From a virus (Duplodnaviria; Caudoviricetes), in the IMG/VR virus record IMGVR_UViG_3300020044_011666, positions 1-44,105 of that record: DNA of 44,105 nucleotides; one strand, 5' to 3'. Shown piece by piece: positions 17,475 through 26,698 of this stretch; the stretch's first letter is position 1; each line of letters begins with the position of its first letter. Under the pieces are notes generated by a model, which was not told the origin of the DNA, did not search any database, and saw only the letters and a list, made by a program, of their open reading frames with translations. The position numbers were made by a program, and so were the translations under genes.

Positions 17475-19707
17475 TTTCATTTTCCTCTTTAAACGGTGAT
17501 TCTTCAGCTACAGGAGCATCAAACCATAAATCGTAATAATAAGCTTTAGCACCTTTAACTGTAGTAGGTTTAATGCTAATGCCTGCTGCTTTTACTAACT
17601 TATTTAAAGCTCTCATATCGCCATTGTGGTCTGTTAAAATGCTGTATAAATCTTCAAGATCAGTTGTAAGCACTCTTCCACGTTCAATAGCTTCTGTCAT
17701 CGCTGTACAGTTACATTCAGAAGCCAAATCTTTCAAGTAGTCCATCATTTTGTGCTTAAGTATATAAGCTATTTTAGCAGCCGGATACATACTATCAGCA
17801 ATAAGATGATGCTTTTCTTTAGTGTCTGGCGGATTTGTGTAATCTGCAGCCGACATCATAGGCACTTCAGTAGCTAAGTAGTAGCAGAAATCTTTTACTT
17901 CATCAAGAAGTTTATTACGAGTTTCTACTACGTCTGTAACCCAATCTTGCTCCATTAATTTATTAGGAGTAGAACACAAAGCAACACGTCTATCACCGTC
18001 TTCCAGCATCAAAGGGTTTTTATTAGCTGTCATAATGAAAGTAGCGTGATGCATATAAGTATAACTGTCAGTTCGCATAATACGAATTTGCACTTTAGGA
18101 CTACCTGTATAAGTCTTAAGCTTACCTGTTGCTTCTTCCCTGTCTCTAGAATTGGTAAGCTGATTACCATATTCGTCAAGCTGCACAAAATAACTGTCAA
18201 GCATAAACCCATTGTATACATCTAAAAACTCTGTTACAGAAGGCTTAGTTATACCTCCCATAATTGTGTCTAGTATTTCTACAAAAGTGTCTTTACCAGA
18301 ACCATGTACACCTAACAAGTAAATAATAACTGGGCTGTACTCAAACAAAGTAAGCTTTCGTTTAAGAAACTTAATAATATAGTTTCTCATTAGATCGTTA
18401 GGTATTAAAGACTCTAAAAACCGCAAAGTAGTTGTTGGCGGTTTATAAAAAGGCTTGTAAAGATCAGGTTCGCTAATAATAGCTAATTCAGGTGTACGAA
18501 CAAAAGTGTTTAATTCTCGCACGTCGTGCTCACCTTCATGAAAACCAAAAGGCTTAGAAGGATTACTTGTAACATTAAGTAATGGCACAACGTCAAGTAT
18601 TTGCTTACGATTGGGTGGATTATATGCAATAGCTGCAACATAGCTAACTAATGAAGAGTCCAAGAAAAAAGACTTTATGTACTGGTTAGCAATATCTACA
18701 ACGTAATAAGCACCTCGACGGTCATCAAAACCAATTTCTACTGAAGACTGACGCTTAGTGGTGCAAACAAGCCTACGGTTCATCCAGCCTTCGTCATATT
18801 TCCAAATAGGCACACCGTTTATAGAAGAATTACCTGACATCATTGGGTCTAAGATAGTTTTTTCAAGCCGCGTGGCTTCCATTGGCACGTCCCATAATTT
18901 ATTTATGATAGACATAGCCGCACAAAATAACTCTGCATCGATGCTTATATCAGCCCCAAAGATGGCAGAAACTTTAATAAGGTATTCACTTCCACGACCT
19001 TCAGGAACGCTGTTAGGATGAAGACAGCCTGTTTTAATATATTCTGGTTCAGTACGAAAATCTTTAGGTGTTATAATACGAAACAAACCTGGTAAAAATT
19101 TCTTTTGCTCAACAAACTGTTTAACTAATGGTGCTAAGCACATTGCAGACGATACAACTCTACTTGTATCTGCAACTGGAGCACTTTTCTTAGCTTCTTG
19201 CCCTGTTTTAAGCTGCTGTAACAATACCCGTATTGTATCAGGCATAGGTAGCACATTAGTGTGCGTCACTGGTTCTTTAGTTGAATTAGCTTCTGTAGGC
19301 AAATACACAAAGCCTTTATCACTGTAAAAGTCAAGTGCAAGTACACCGTCATTGACATGAAAAGTAGTTGGCAAATCATCAGCATAGCTAAATAGCAAAG
19401 TGCCGCAAGTTTTATCAGCTTTGCCTTTAGATTTAAATACTAAACCATTTTCAAGGTCACACAAAGAACTAAACAACTGCCAAGTAACTGTGTTGTCACA
19501 GTCTACGGCAACAATATTAGACACTTTACCAGTCAATGCACCGCCTAACTTAGCCTCTTTAGTGTTGAAGCTTTCTTGGTATTTGTCTAGCCAACCTTTT
19601 TCAAATTCTGGTATTGTTTTAGTTCCGTCTGGTAGTCTTTCCAATTTGCCTTTTAATGGTACTGTATGCCATCCTGCGTCTATAAAAGGTTTTATTGTTT
19701 TGAACAC
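17467..19707 (-). CDS. Primase-polymerase/SF3 helicase fusion
   Basis: N-terminal Prim-Pol (GW..VPL, LTG..S.IVAVDCD); C-terminal GVHGSGKD, LDE, TAN, GDRR; likely GTG start at 19707 after AGGAG. Confidence 0.85.
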   Translation of the reverse strand: MFKTIKPFIDAGWHTVPLKGKLERLPDGTKTIPEFEKGWLDKYQESFNTKEAKLGGALTGKVSNIVAVDCDNTVTWQLFSSLCDLENGLVFKSKGKADKTCGTLLFSYADDLPTTFHVNDGVLALDFYSDKGFVYLPTEANSTKEPVTHTNVLPMPDTIRVLLQQLKTGQEAKKSAPVADTSRVVSSAMCLAPLVKQFVEQKKFLPGLFRIITPKDFRTEPEYIKTGCLHPNSVPEGRGSEYLIKVSAIFGADISIDAELFCAAMSIINKLWDVPMEATRLEKTILDPMMSGNSSINGVPIWKYDEGWMNRRLVCTTKRQSSVEIGFDDRRGAYYVVDIANQYIKSFFLDSSLVSYVAAIAYNPPNRKQILDVVPLLNVTSNPSKPFGFHEGEHDVRELNTFVRTPELAIISEPDLYKPFYKPPTTTLRFLESLIPNDLMRNYIIKFLKRKLTLFEYSPVIIYLLGVHGSGKDTFVEILDTIMGGITKPSVTEFLDVYNGFMLDSYFVQLDEYGNQLTNSRDREEATGKLKTYTGSPKVQIRIMRTDSYTYMHHATFIMTANKNPLMLEDGDRRVALCSTPNKLMEQDWVTDVVETRNKLLDEVKDFCYYLATEVPMMSAADYTNPPDTKEKHHLIADSMYPAAKIAYILKHKMMDYLKDLASECNCTAMTEAIERGRVLTTDLEDLYSILTDHNGDMRALNKLVKAAGISIKPTTVKGAKAYYYDLWFDAPVAEESPFKEENENE

Positions 19708-19970
19708 AACCACTCTCCTACTAAAGGGAAAAAACCTTTGAATCGCCAATTAGCTGGGCACTCTTGTAGCAATGGACCGTTTTGGTCTAACCAAGGTGGG
19801 GCTAAATTTTCCGATTCAATTTTCCCTAATATATACAGTTGCTTGCCAGTTGGAGCAGAGCAATTAATATTTAAGTTTTTTAATGCTCGTGCAATAGGCA
19901 CACCGCGATCTAGCTCAGCTCTTAGTAAAAGAAAACCTTGCTTCGTAAGTAACTTACGTTTAGGCTTCAT
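19692..19970 (-). CDS. Hypothetical (possible DNA-binding) protein
   Basis: 92-aa ORF with RBS, downstream of TATAAT near 20005 and overlapping the primase start. Confidence 0.6.
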   Translation of the reverse strand: MKPKRKLLTKQGFLLLRAELDRGVPIARALKNLNINCSAPTGKQLYILGKIESENLAPPWLDQNGPLLQECPANWRFKGFFPLVGEWLCSKQ

Positions 19971-20034
19971 AGTTGCTTATCCTACAAAAATTGAATATTT
20001 AAATTATATCGCATTTTTTGAAAGATTAAAACAA

Positions 20035-20409
20035 TTATTTTTCTAGTCTATAGTAAGTAGCCAAACCTGTCCATATCACTAACTTAGCAGACAAAGCTAA
20101 TGACTTATATACTTCTTGTACTTGCTGCTCTGTACATATAGTAGAATAAGCTATGTTATATCTACAAATTAACATAGATTTACGTAACCTAGCTAAGGAG
20201 TCTTCTTTGCTATAAATACTGTACAAACTACCCTTAGCTAAGTATCGTACTACAATATTATTGTTAGCGCGTGCTGCCCACTCGGCAATGTCTTCAACAT
20301 TTTCAAAGCCATGCTTTTTAGCGGTCGCTTTGTTCATGTTTACAGATTGACCAGGCTTTAAATTTTTAACACTAGTGTAAACTTTAGACAAATAACTATC
20401 ATAAGCCAT
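20035..20409 (-). CDS. Hypothetical protein
   Basis: Likely start MAYDS at 20409, overlapping the upstream stop. Confidence 0.6.
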   Translation of the reverse strand: MAYDSYLSKVYTSVKNLKPGQSVNMNKATAKKHGFENVEDIAEWAARANNNIVVRYLAKGSLYSIYSKEDSLARLRKSMLICRYNIAYSTICTEQQVQEVYKSLALSAKLVIWTGLATYYRLEK

Positions 20410-21028
20410 TTCGATTTTTCCATTGAATAATACTAGAAGAAGACACACCAAACTTTCTAGCCGTTGCAGCTAAAGAGTTAGACTCTAAATAAGACATTAC
20501 AGCTTCCCAGTCTTTGATTTTACCTGGTTTGCTATTTTTAGTTTTGCCTGAGCCTGCGTGCTTGCAAATCCATGCTCGGCTTACATTAAAATGCTCTGCT
20601 GCTTCTTGTTGTGTACCATTAAAAGCTTTTACTTCCGCAGGATCAGGATAAGAGCTGTGGCGTTTAACAGGTACTTCAGCACGTTTGTGTAGTGTCTTAA
20701 CTGATATACCTAACTTAAGTGCCGCAACTTCTTCTGAGCCATGCAAAGCAATAGCATCAATGATGTCTTGACGTGAAGCTTTCTTTACACTTTTAGGTAC
20801 TTGGCCTTTTAAAGCTTTGTAAACTAAGTCTACACGAGTGTTATACACATCGGCAATATTAGCTACTGGTAAATCAAAATGCTCTGCGTTAATCTCGTCC
20901 GCAGCAGAGCGGTCAAGCTTAACAGGAAAAGGCAATTGCTGGCACACTTCCATAATACTTAAATTAAAAGCAGAAGCTAACTGCGCAAGCGTATAACCAT
21001 TTTTGTAACAGACTTGTAAAGCACTCAT
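20399..21028 (-). CDS. Protein with multiple tandem HTH motifs
   Basis: About five HTH-like units (TLAQLASAFNLS, VANIADVYNT, EVAALKLGISVKTL, QQEAAEHFNVSRAWI, LAATARKFGVSSSSI). Confidence 0.7.
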   Translation of the reverse strand: MSALQVCYKNGYTLAQLASAFNLSIMEVCQQLPFPVKLDRSAADEINAEHFDLPVANIADVYNTRVDLVYKALKGQVPKSVKKASRQDIIDAIALHGSEEVAALKLGISVKTLHKRAEVPVKRHSSYPDPAEVKAFNGTQQEAAEHFNVSRAWICKHAGSGKTKNSKPGKIKDWEAVMSYLESNSLAATARKFGVSSSSIIQWKNRNGL

Positions 21029-21270
21029 TTGTCTAAATCTCTTAGTTTGTCGGCATAAAGCGAATCTAGAAAAGCAATAGCTTGACCAGTGATGTTACCA
21101 GCTTTAATTTGCTGCATAAGCATACGTTTAGCTACAACCAACTGCTTGTAAGTTTGGCAACTACGAATAACACACTTTACTTTATGTTTTACTTTTTGAC
21201 GTTGTTCTTCTTTAACTAGTTCTATTTGAGTAACAAGATACAAAGGGCCGTCAGTAAACAAATTAAACAT
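21025..21270 (-). CDS. Hypothetical protein
   Basis: 81-aa ORF, GGAG RBS, ATGA overlap. Confidence 0.65.
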   Translation of the reverse strand: MFNLFTDGPLYLVTQIELVKEEQRQKVKHKVKCVIRSCQTYKQLVVAKRMLMQQIKAGNITGQAIAFLDSLYADKLRDLDK

Positions 21271-21408
21271 TTATACTCTCCTGAAACCTGTGCGGCTAAA
21301 GTAGCCAAGCTCATCACCTTTGGCAAATATCCCGTCGCCGAGATACTGCCAACCCATACTTTCAGCATTTATAATACGCTGAGGCTTTGGCATAACTAAG
21401 TCAGGCAT
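21271..21408 (-). CDS. Small hypothetical protein (45 aa, not in ORF track)
   Basis: MPDLVMPKPQRIINAESMGWQYLGDGIFAKGDELGYFSRTGFRRV; TAATG overlap with the upstream gene and abuts the next start. Confidence 0.6.
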   Translation of the reverse strand: MPDLVMPKPQRIINAESMGWQYLGDGIFAKGDELGYFSRTGFRRV

Positions 21409-21764
21409 TATAAGCTTTGCTCATCAAGACGTGCTTGCAAATCTTGAACTTGCCTTTGCAGTTCTTCAATTTGCTTTAAATGCTGCTCAGTTTCTTGCTT
21501 TTGGTAAAACTCAATATGCTTGTTGAGCATAAACTTTTCTGCAGCTTCTTTAAAGCCGTCAACTCTTACTTTTACATCATAAAAGCCTACTTTACCGCTT
21601 TCTGCAGGTCTTACTTTAGCTTCAGGCACGTTTACTATTTTTACTTCTGTGTCGTTGTAACATAGCTGACCACTAGTTATATACTTTAATGCTTCGTAAA
21701 TAGCTTTTTTAAGCTTTGCTTCAGCATTAGCATTAATTTTGTTTTGCAGTATTTGAACAGTCAT
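21408..21764 (-). CDS. Hypothetical coiled-coil protein
   Basis: 118-aa ORF with C-terminal heptads. Confidence 0.65.
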   Translation of the reverse strand: MTVQILQNKINANAEAKLKKAIYEALKYITSGQLCYNDTEVKIVNVPEAKVRPAESGKVGFYDVKVRVDGFKEAAEKFMLNKHIEFYQKQETEQHLKQIEELQRQVQDLQARLDEQSL

Positions 21765-21772
21765 AGCATTAC

Positions 21773-21877
21773 CTATTTAATTGGTTTATTACACATTGGG
21801 CAGCGCAAGCTAAAGAGCAATTGAATTCTTAAGCCACGCCATGGACAGTTGTTGCAGTAAACATAGTCGCTGTTCAT
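21773..21877 (-). CDS. 34-aa zinc-ribbon microprotein (not in ORF track)
   Basis: MNSDYVYCNNCPWRGLRIQLLFSLRCPMCNKPIK; CxxC-x14-CPxC; ATGA overlap with the upstream stop. Confidence 0.65.
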   Translation of the reverse strand: MNSDYVYCNNCPWRGLRIQLLFSLRCPMCNKPIK

Positions 21878-22278
21878 ATTTTAGTTTCGCTATTTTGTCT
21901 TCTTACTTTAAGTTGTTCTTTTACAAATTTAATGTCAGAAAAACTATCATTAGCTAAATCTACTATATCTAAAGCTAATGATAGTTTTTCTACGTCACTT
22001 GCGTGTATATAAGCAGAAGACTTAATTCTGCTTATCTCTCTTCTAATTAAAGTAGCAACTTCAATGTTAATAGGCTCGCCGTGCAAAGTGTACTCGATAA
22101 CTTTAGGCTTAGTAGCCCATGAGTGTAGCAAAGTAATACTTAGTCGAATAACGCCGTAAATTGAGCCAATAACAATTGTTTTGTAGCAAAAGAAAAGCAC
22201 AAGCACCCATATTGCAGCTTGTGGTAGACTTGCTACCATTTCTACTAGCAGTTTTAACTCTTCCATTTTAATCTCCAA
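21874..22278 (-). CDS. Hypothetical membrane protein
   Basis: N-terminal hydrophobic segments (AIWVLVLFFCY, VIGSIYGVIRLSI). Confidence 0.65.
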   Translation of the reverse strand: MEIKMEELKLLVEMVASLPQAAIWVLVLFFCYKTIVIGSIYGVIRLSITLLHSWATKPKVIEYTLHGEPINIEVATLIRREISRIKSSAYIHASDVEKLSLALDIVDLANDSFSDIKFVKEQLKVRRQNSETKI

Positions 22279-22293
22279 TTTGTTAATTAAATA

Positions 22294-23298
22294 CTACAGT
22301 TTCCACTTTTTAGACTGCGCAATAAGAAAAGCCATACGTTTAGCACCAGCTTTACGGAAATACGAACGGTTTGTTTTAAACCATTCAGCTATTATTTCGT
22401 TAGGCTGTGGAACGCGATAAGCAGTTCTAACACTGCCGCTTTGGCTATAGACACTGTAAAAGCTGTGAGAGACGTAAGTGCCTCGGTAGCCTGACAATTG
22501 TTGGCTATAAGTGACTGGTGCACTTTCCATTTTGTTTGCTAATTTAACACAAGCTTCTAACAGAGGTTCGGGTGCTTCTATTGCACTAAAACCGCTAAAG
22601 TCATGCACTTCTTTTAATAAGCCTTCTGCAATATAATCCCAACGCTCTGTATCGCACCAGATTCGTGCAATTGCTTCGGCCAAGGCGTATGGATCAGACA
22701 CACGGCGATCGCGTTCTAAAGAGATTTGAGACGGTTTTAGATTGTAGCTATGCTTATAGTTCATGGAAGCAATTTTAAGCCCGCCAACATATAAACAATC
22801 CGAGCTGTTGGGTACAATACCAAAAGGATGATCTTTAGCTAAATGTAAGCTGTTAAATTCTGCAAATTCTTCTGCTGTGCATTCAAACTCAATCATTGTA
22901 CCGCCGACGTAATTGCTTACTTCAGTACAGTCAAAGCTAAGTATTTCTAGACCTAGGCTATCTTCCCACCCAGGAGCAATATAGTAAGAACTATGTATGT
23001 CAGGCTCACGACCTTCACGAAGTAAAACTAATATAGCTAGTTTAAGCCCTTCTCCATGAGTACCAATTGCATCTGGGTTGTCTCGCTTACTAGACTCGCC
23101 CATATACAAAGCAGCAATAGGTAATTCAGTACTAGTTGTAATGCTACAAGAATACCTACTTGAGCCTTCAATTGGGCTTAAAACTATATGCCAGCTTTCA
23201 GGATCACTGTCAATAGCGTTTTGCACAAGTTCACGCATGGCATCTTGTACAGTCCAGTCAGGTATGTAATTGCGGGTAATGTTAGTTTGAATTTTCAT
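22294..23298 (-). CDS. GHKL (HATPase_c/MORC-like) ATPase domain protein
   Basis: RELVQNAID (N box); MGESSKR...IGTHGEGLKLA (G boxes); GGT.IEF. Confidence 0.8.
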   Translation of the reverse strand: MKIQTNITRNYIPDWTVQDAMRELVQNAIDSDPESWHIVLSPIEGSSRYSCSITTSTELPIAALYMGESSKRDNPDAIGTHGEGLKLAILVLLREGREPDIHSSYYIAPGWEDSLGLEILSFDCTEVSNYVGGTMIEFECTAEEFAEFNSLHLAKDHPFGIVPNSSDCLYVGGLKIASMNYKHSYNLKPSQISLERDRRVSDPYALAEAIARIWCDTERWDYIAEGLLKEVHDFSGFSAIEAPEPLLEACVKLANKMESAPVTYSQQLSGYRGTYVSHSFYSVYSQSGSVRTAYRVPQPNEIIAEWFKTNRSYFRKAGAKRMAFLIAQSKKWKL

Positions 23299-23836
23299 TT
23301 ACTTGTTCCTTTATTAAAGGTATATAAGCTTTTGTAAAGCCATTAGTTGGTGTGCTAAGATCAAAATTAGCAATAATAAACTCAATAACTTCATTAGGAT
23401 CTGTGTCTTTTGAAAACACTATATTTGGGCCGTGTTTGTCAAGCATAACAGCATAGATATTGCCAAACTTAGTTAAGCCATTTACAGTGTTTTGCCCGCA
23501 CTCATGGCTACCACATTCGTATTGCCATTGACTTTGTACAGGTATGTTGTATTGTGCATTTTCTTTTAGAGGGCAATGAAAATGCACAATACAATCAAGT
23601 TGAGGATATGTATCAAATATTATTCGTTGAGACTGACCACCAACACTAGGCTTAACACCATAAGCAATAACAGAATCATCACCGTCTGTTTTTACTAGCA
23701 CCATGCCATTTGACTCAATAAAGTTAAAGTTTGTTTTGCGTATGCTAGTTAAAAATAAATTACTGGCCAACTTAGCAGCAAAATGACCTGTTGTTACGCC
23801 ATTAAATTCTTTGTAAGCCCTTGAGCAACGCACCAA
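23282..23836 (-). CDS. Class II aldolase/adducin-like domain (probably the C-terminal half of a split fusion gene)
   Basis: GHFA.K...FLTS.RK; KPS; IVHFH Zn motif; AVMLDKHG. Confidence 0.65.
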   Translation of the reverse strand: MVRCSRAYKEFNGVTTGHFAAKLASNLFLTSIRKTNFNFIESNGMVLVKTDGDDSVIAYGVKPSVGGQSQRIIFDTYPQLDCIVHFHCPLKENAQYNIPVQSQWQYECGSHECGQNTVNGLTKFGNIYAVMLDKHGPNIVFSKDTDPNEVIEFIIANFDLSTPTNGFTKAYIPLIKEQVNENSN

Positions 23837-24534
23837 TTAATAACAGTGCGCAGATTTGCAGGAACTCTTTTGTCTTGCCAAGGCACAGGAGTACCCTCAA
23901 TAACTGTAGACCGAGTAAAAGAAAGATGGCTACGGTTATACGCCATATCTATAATCATTTGCAACAAGTGTTCTCTTGTTGCTTCGTATACACCTTCTTC
24001 AGGTGTTATTATCATGTTGCTATGGTGCATAATATCGTTAGCTAAAACTAAATTTAAAGAACAACGCTTTAGCAAGTCTAGTCCTTTAGCAAATTGCTCA
24101 GACTTAGATGCATTATAAGTAGTTTTAAAGCCTACAACAAAAATATCTTTACGATGCTTACGTATTTTAGCTAAGGTTTTTTCTTGTATGCCTAATAACT
24201 CTGCAGCGTAGTCTTCTTTACTGCTAAGTCTTTGCCAAGGAGAATGAACTTTTAAGTGGAAATCTACCATGGCAATGCTAAATATAATAATTTTTACAGT
24301 ATTGTCGTTTACTAAGCTAGTTATATACGCATCAACGTCTAAAGTAGACTCTAATTTAGACGTAGAATCTGCCATTTTAGTTAGCACTAACTTAGTAGTT
24401 AAATTAGGAAATTTAAGCTCTGCCAAATCTGCTAGTTTACGAGCAGTTGTACCGTAGGCTACAGAGCTAATCGACAAATGTGGTCTAACTTTATTACTTG
24501 TACCACCGCCAAGTATGACAATTTGCTTTTTCAT
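23794..24534 (-). CDS. CoaB/DFP-like (phosphopantothenoylcysteine synthetase fold) protein
   Basis: ILGGGT...S..AYGT.ARKLA; A.VDF; K.LAKI; VVGFK; LVLAND match the DFP C-terminal domain pattern. Confidence 0.7.
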   Translation of the reverse strand: MKKQIVILGGGTSNKVRPHLSISSVAYGTTARKLADLAELKFPNLTTKLVLTKMADSTSKLESTLDVDAYITSLVNDNTVKIIIFSIAMVDFHLKVHSPWQRLSSKEDYAAELLGIQEKTLAKIRKHRKDIFVVGFKTTYNASKSEQFAKGLDLLKRCSLNLVLANDIMHHSNMIITPEEGVYEATREHLLQMIIDMAYNRSHLSFTRSTVIEGTPVPWQDKRVPANLRTVINWCVAQGLTKNLMA

Positions 24535-25070
24535 TTGCTCATTTGCTCCTTAAGAATTAGTTGTTCAACATAGTCAAGTACGGCTTGTTGCTTAGTAGTG
24601 CCGTGACCTGTAACATTATTGGCGTTAGCAGTCCAAATAATTTTGCCTTCAGGTTTGTACAGTGTATAAGCAGAGTAATATTTTTCTACGTCTGCAAATC
24701 TTTTAGGCATTGTGCCAGTATTGATAATATGACGGACTAAATCTGCAGCTTGTTGAGCAGTTACATAAGCTGGATGAGCGTCCCAAAACTTATTGGCACT
24801 TATAGAGCTGCCGAAATAACAAGCAACGTGAAAATTCTGTAGATCTCTTAAATCTTTAAGGCCTAAAAAACCCGCTAAGTTATCTAGGCGCCAATTATTG
24901 TTTATAGTGAGCATAGCATGACCTAATATACAAGCGCTAGTGCCACAAGAAGGATAGGCTTCAATTAGCTTGCTGTACTCATGAATTGTTTGGTCTTTTA
25001 TAGAAATAAGACGAGTTAAATTAAAATCAAAAGACTTAGCTAAATGATACTCGAATTCTTTAGGTGTCAT
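24531..25070 (-). CDS. CGTSAC-motif hypothetical protein (paralog 1)
   Basis: CGTSACILGHAML; VTAQQAADLVRH; likely start MTPKE at 25070. Confidence 0.7.
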   Translation of the reverse strand: MTPKEFEYHLAKSFDFNLTRLISIKDQTIHEYSKLIEAYPSCGTSACILGHAMLTINNNWRLDNLAGFLGLKDLRDLQNFHVACYFGSSISANKFWDAHPAYVTAQQAADLVRHIINTGTMPKRFADVEKYYSAYTLYKPEGKIIWTANANNVTGHGTTKQQAVLDYVEQLILKEQMSK

Positions 25071-25191
25071 GTTAGTTCCTAGGCGCAACGAATTGGCACA
25101 GAGACGTTTGGGAAAATAGTTGTTAGAGTAATATTTAATAGCTAGGCTAACAACTAAGATAAATAAAACTAATAAATAAGTTTGTTACGTA

Positions 25192-25374
25192 TTAGAATAA
25201 CCAAATAGCTATGTCGCCCGCGGCAATGCCTACAAGCATACAAAACAACACAAGTGCAAACACTATTTTTCCTGCTAAATTGTTTTCTAGCCTTTCCATT
25301 ATATAAGCACTTAAAGCTACTATAATTAAAGTTTGTAAACAAGCAAAGAACAGCTTACTAAATAATTCAACCAT
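25192..25374 (-). CDS. Small two-TM membrane protein
   Basis: Two hydrophobic helices; likely start MVELF at 25374 after GAGGAG. Confidence 0.55.
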   Translation of the reverse strand: MVELFSKLFFACLQTLIIVALSAYIMERLENNLAGKIVFALVLFCMLVGIAAGDIAIWLF

Positions 25375-25822
25375 AGTAAAACTCCTCGCAATCTTTATAA
25401 TTATTAGGTAGTTCATCGTTTAGGCGAATGTGCCGCAAAACATTTGCTGCTTGGTAAGCAGTTACTTCATTTTTAGGGCGGCAACCATAAAATAGAAAGG
25501 ATTCTGAGTTTGACCAACCACAAATAGCAAATTGTAACTTGCTTAAACCACTGTCATAGTTAGGTAAAACTTTTTTAGCTAGCTCAAATAAATTAAAGTA
25601 ACTATTTTTTTCTTCTAGCATAGCATGTCCCAAAATGCAAGCAGAAGTACCACACTCATTAAACGTAGCAATTTGTGCTTGTAATTGATTTGAGTCGTTC
25701 CAAATAGGCAAATCTAGCTCTTTAGCTTTGCGCATGTCACTAGATACAGCAGTACTAAGATTAAATTTATCTGCGTGAGAAACTAAACGTTTTTCTAGTC
25801 GCTCTATAAAGTGTTTGTCCAT
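25367..25822 (-). CDS. CGTSAC-motif hypothetical protein (paralog 2)
   Basis: CGTSACILGHAML; VTAYQAANVLRH. Confidence 0.7.
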   Translation of the reverse strand: MDKHFIERLEKRLVSHADKFNLSTAVSSDMRKAKELDLPIWNDSNQLQAQIATFNECGTSACILGHAMLEEKNSYFNLFELAKKVLPNYDSGLSKLQFAICGWSNSESFLFYGCRPKNEVTAYQAANVLRHIRLNDELPNNYKDCEEFYYG

Positions 25823-25854
25823 GTTAGTTACTATGTGACGTTAATATACAGTTT

Positions 25855-25885
25855 AAAATAAAGTCGGAGTTACCCGACTTTATTT
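25855..25885 (-). terminator. Intrinsic terminator
   Basis: Perfect stem aaataaagtcgg-agttac-ccgactttattt. Confidence 0.8.
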
Positions 25886-25898
25886 AGACTACCTGGAA

Positions 25899-26399
25899 TT
25901 ATACAGCGGCTTGGTGTGCTTGAAGCTCTTCAAGAGTGTCAAACAATACAACGCCTTCAGGTGCTGCAATAACAATAGCTTTTTCTGCATCCAGGCGAGC
26001 AATTTCAGCACCGATATCAGCTTGTGCAATTTCACCTGAGGCAACTTTGGTCAGCAATTCATCTTTTGCTTTTTTGTACGCATTTTGTTGCTTGGTCCAT
26101 GCGTTCAAGCCAGCTTTGCACATGCTGTTGTAACCAGAAGGAGTGTTAGCTTTCTTACCAGTTTCAGTGACACGAGGGTCAAACCATTTTTGGAAATAGA
26201 AGCAACGAATGCCAACAACTTCACCCGCTTCGTTTTTGTGGAAAGTAGTAGCACGACCGCCACCGCCTTCGCCCACACGAGCTTTGGTCAACTCGGTAAT
26301 TTCTTCCATAACGTCAGAAACGCGCACTTTAGAGTTAGCCGCAATTGCTGCAGTCAATACGGCGAGGATTGGTTCAAAGACTTTCTTAGTTTTGCTCAT
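25899..26399 (-). CDS. Early hypothetical protein, paralog of 27717-28286
   Basis: CFYFQKW...G.NSMCK.G.N.WTKQQ; own -10 (TGTATAAT near 26475) and terminator. Confidence 0.8.
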   Translation of the reverse strand: MSKTKKVFEPILAVLTAAIAANSKVRVSDVMEEITELTKARVGEGGGGRATTFHKNEAGEVVGIRCFYFQKWFDPRVTETGKKANTPSGYNSMCKAGLNAWTKQQNAYKKAKDELLTKVASGEIAQADIGAEIARLDAEKAIVIAAPEGVVLFDTLEELQAHQAAV

Positions 26400-26698
26400 A
26401 GCGATGTACTCTTGTTAATGGTTAGTTGAAAATTATTTTGACTGCTTTCACAGCCAGGGTAGCAATGAATTTTCATTATACAATAGATAGAAGCTATTGT
26501 GTTATACCGTTTTGTTATGTCGGTTATAGCTAAATGACATAAGACCTGTAGTAAACTTTTTAACTAATTAGCTAAGTAGACAATAGAAGGCCGCGGGTTT
26601 AGTTACTTACGATTCTTTTAAACATACTCTAAATATTCTATTTCTGCTTGAGACTTCAATAAAATGCGGTGCTCTGTTGTAATAAGAGTGAATGACGC

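Noticed and set aside
25071-25190. Additional membrane microprotein (QTYLLVLFILVVSLAIK...)
   Set aside because: The hydrophobic frame lacks a usable start codon; at most a gene relic
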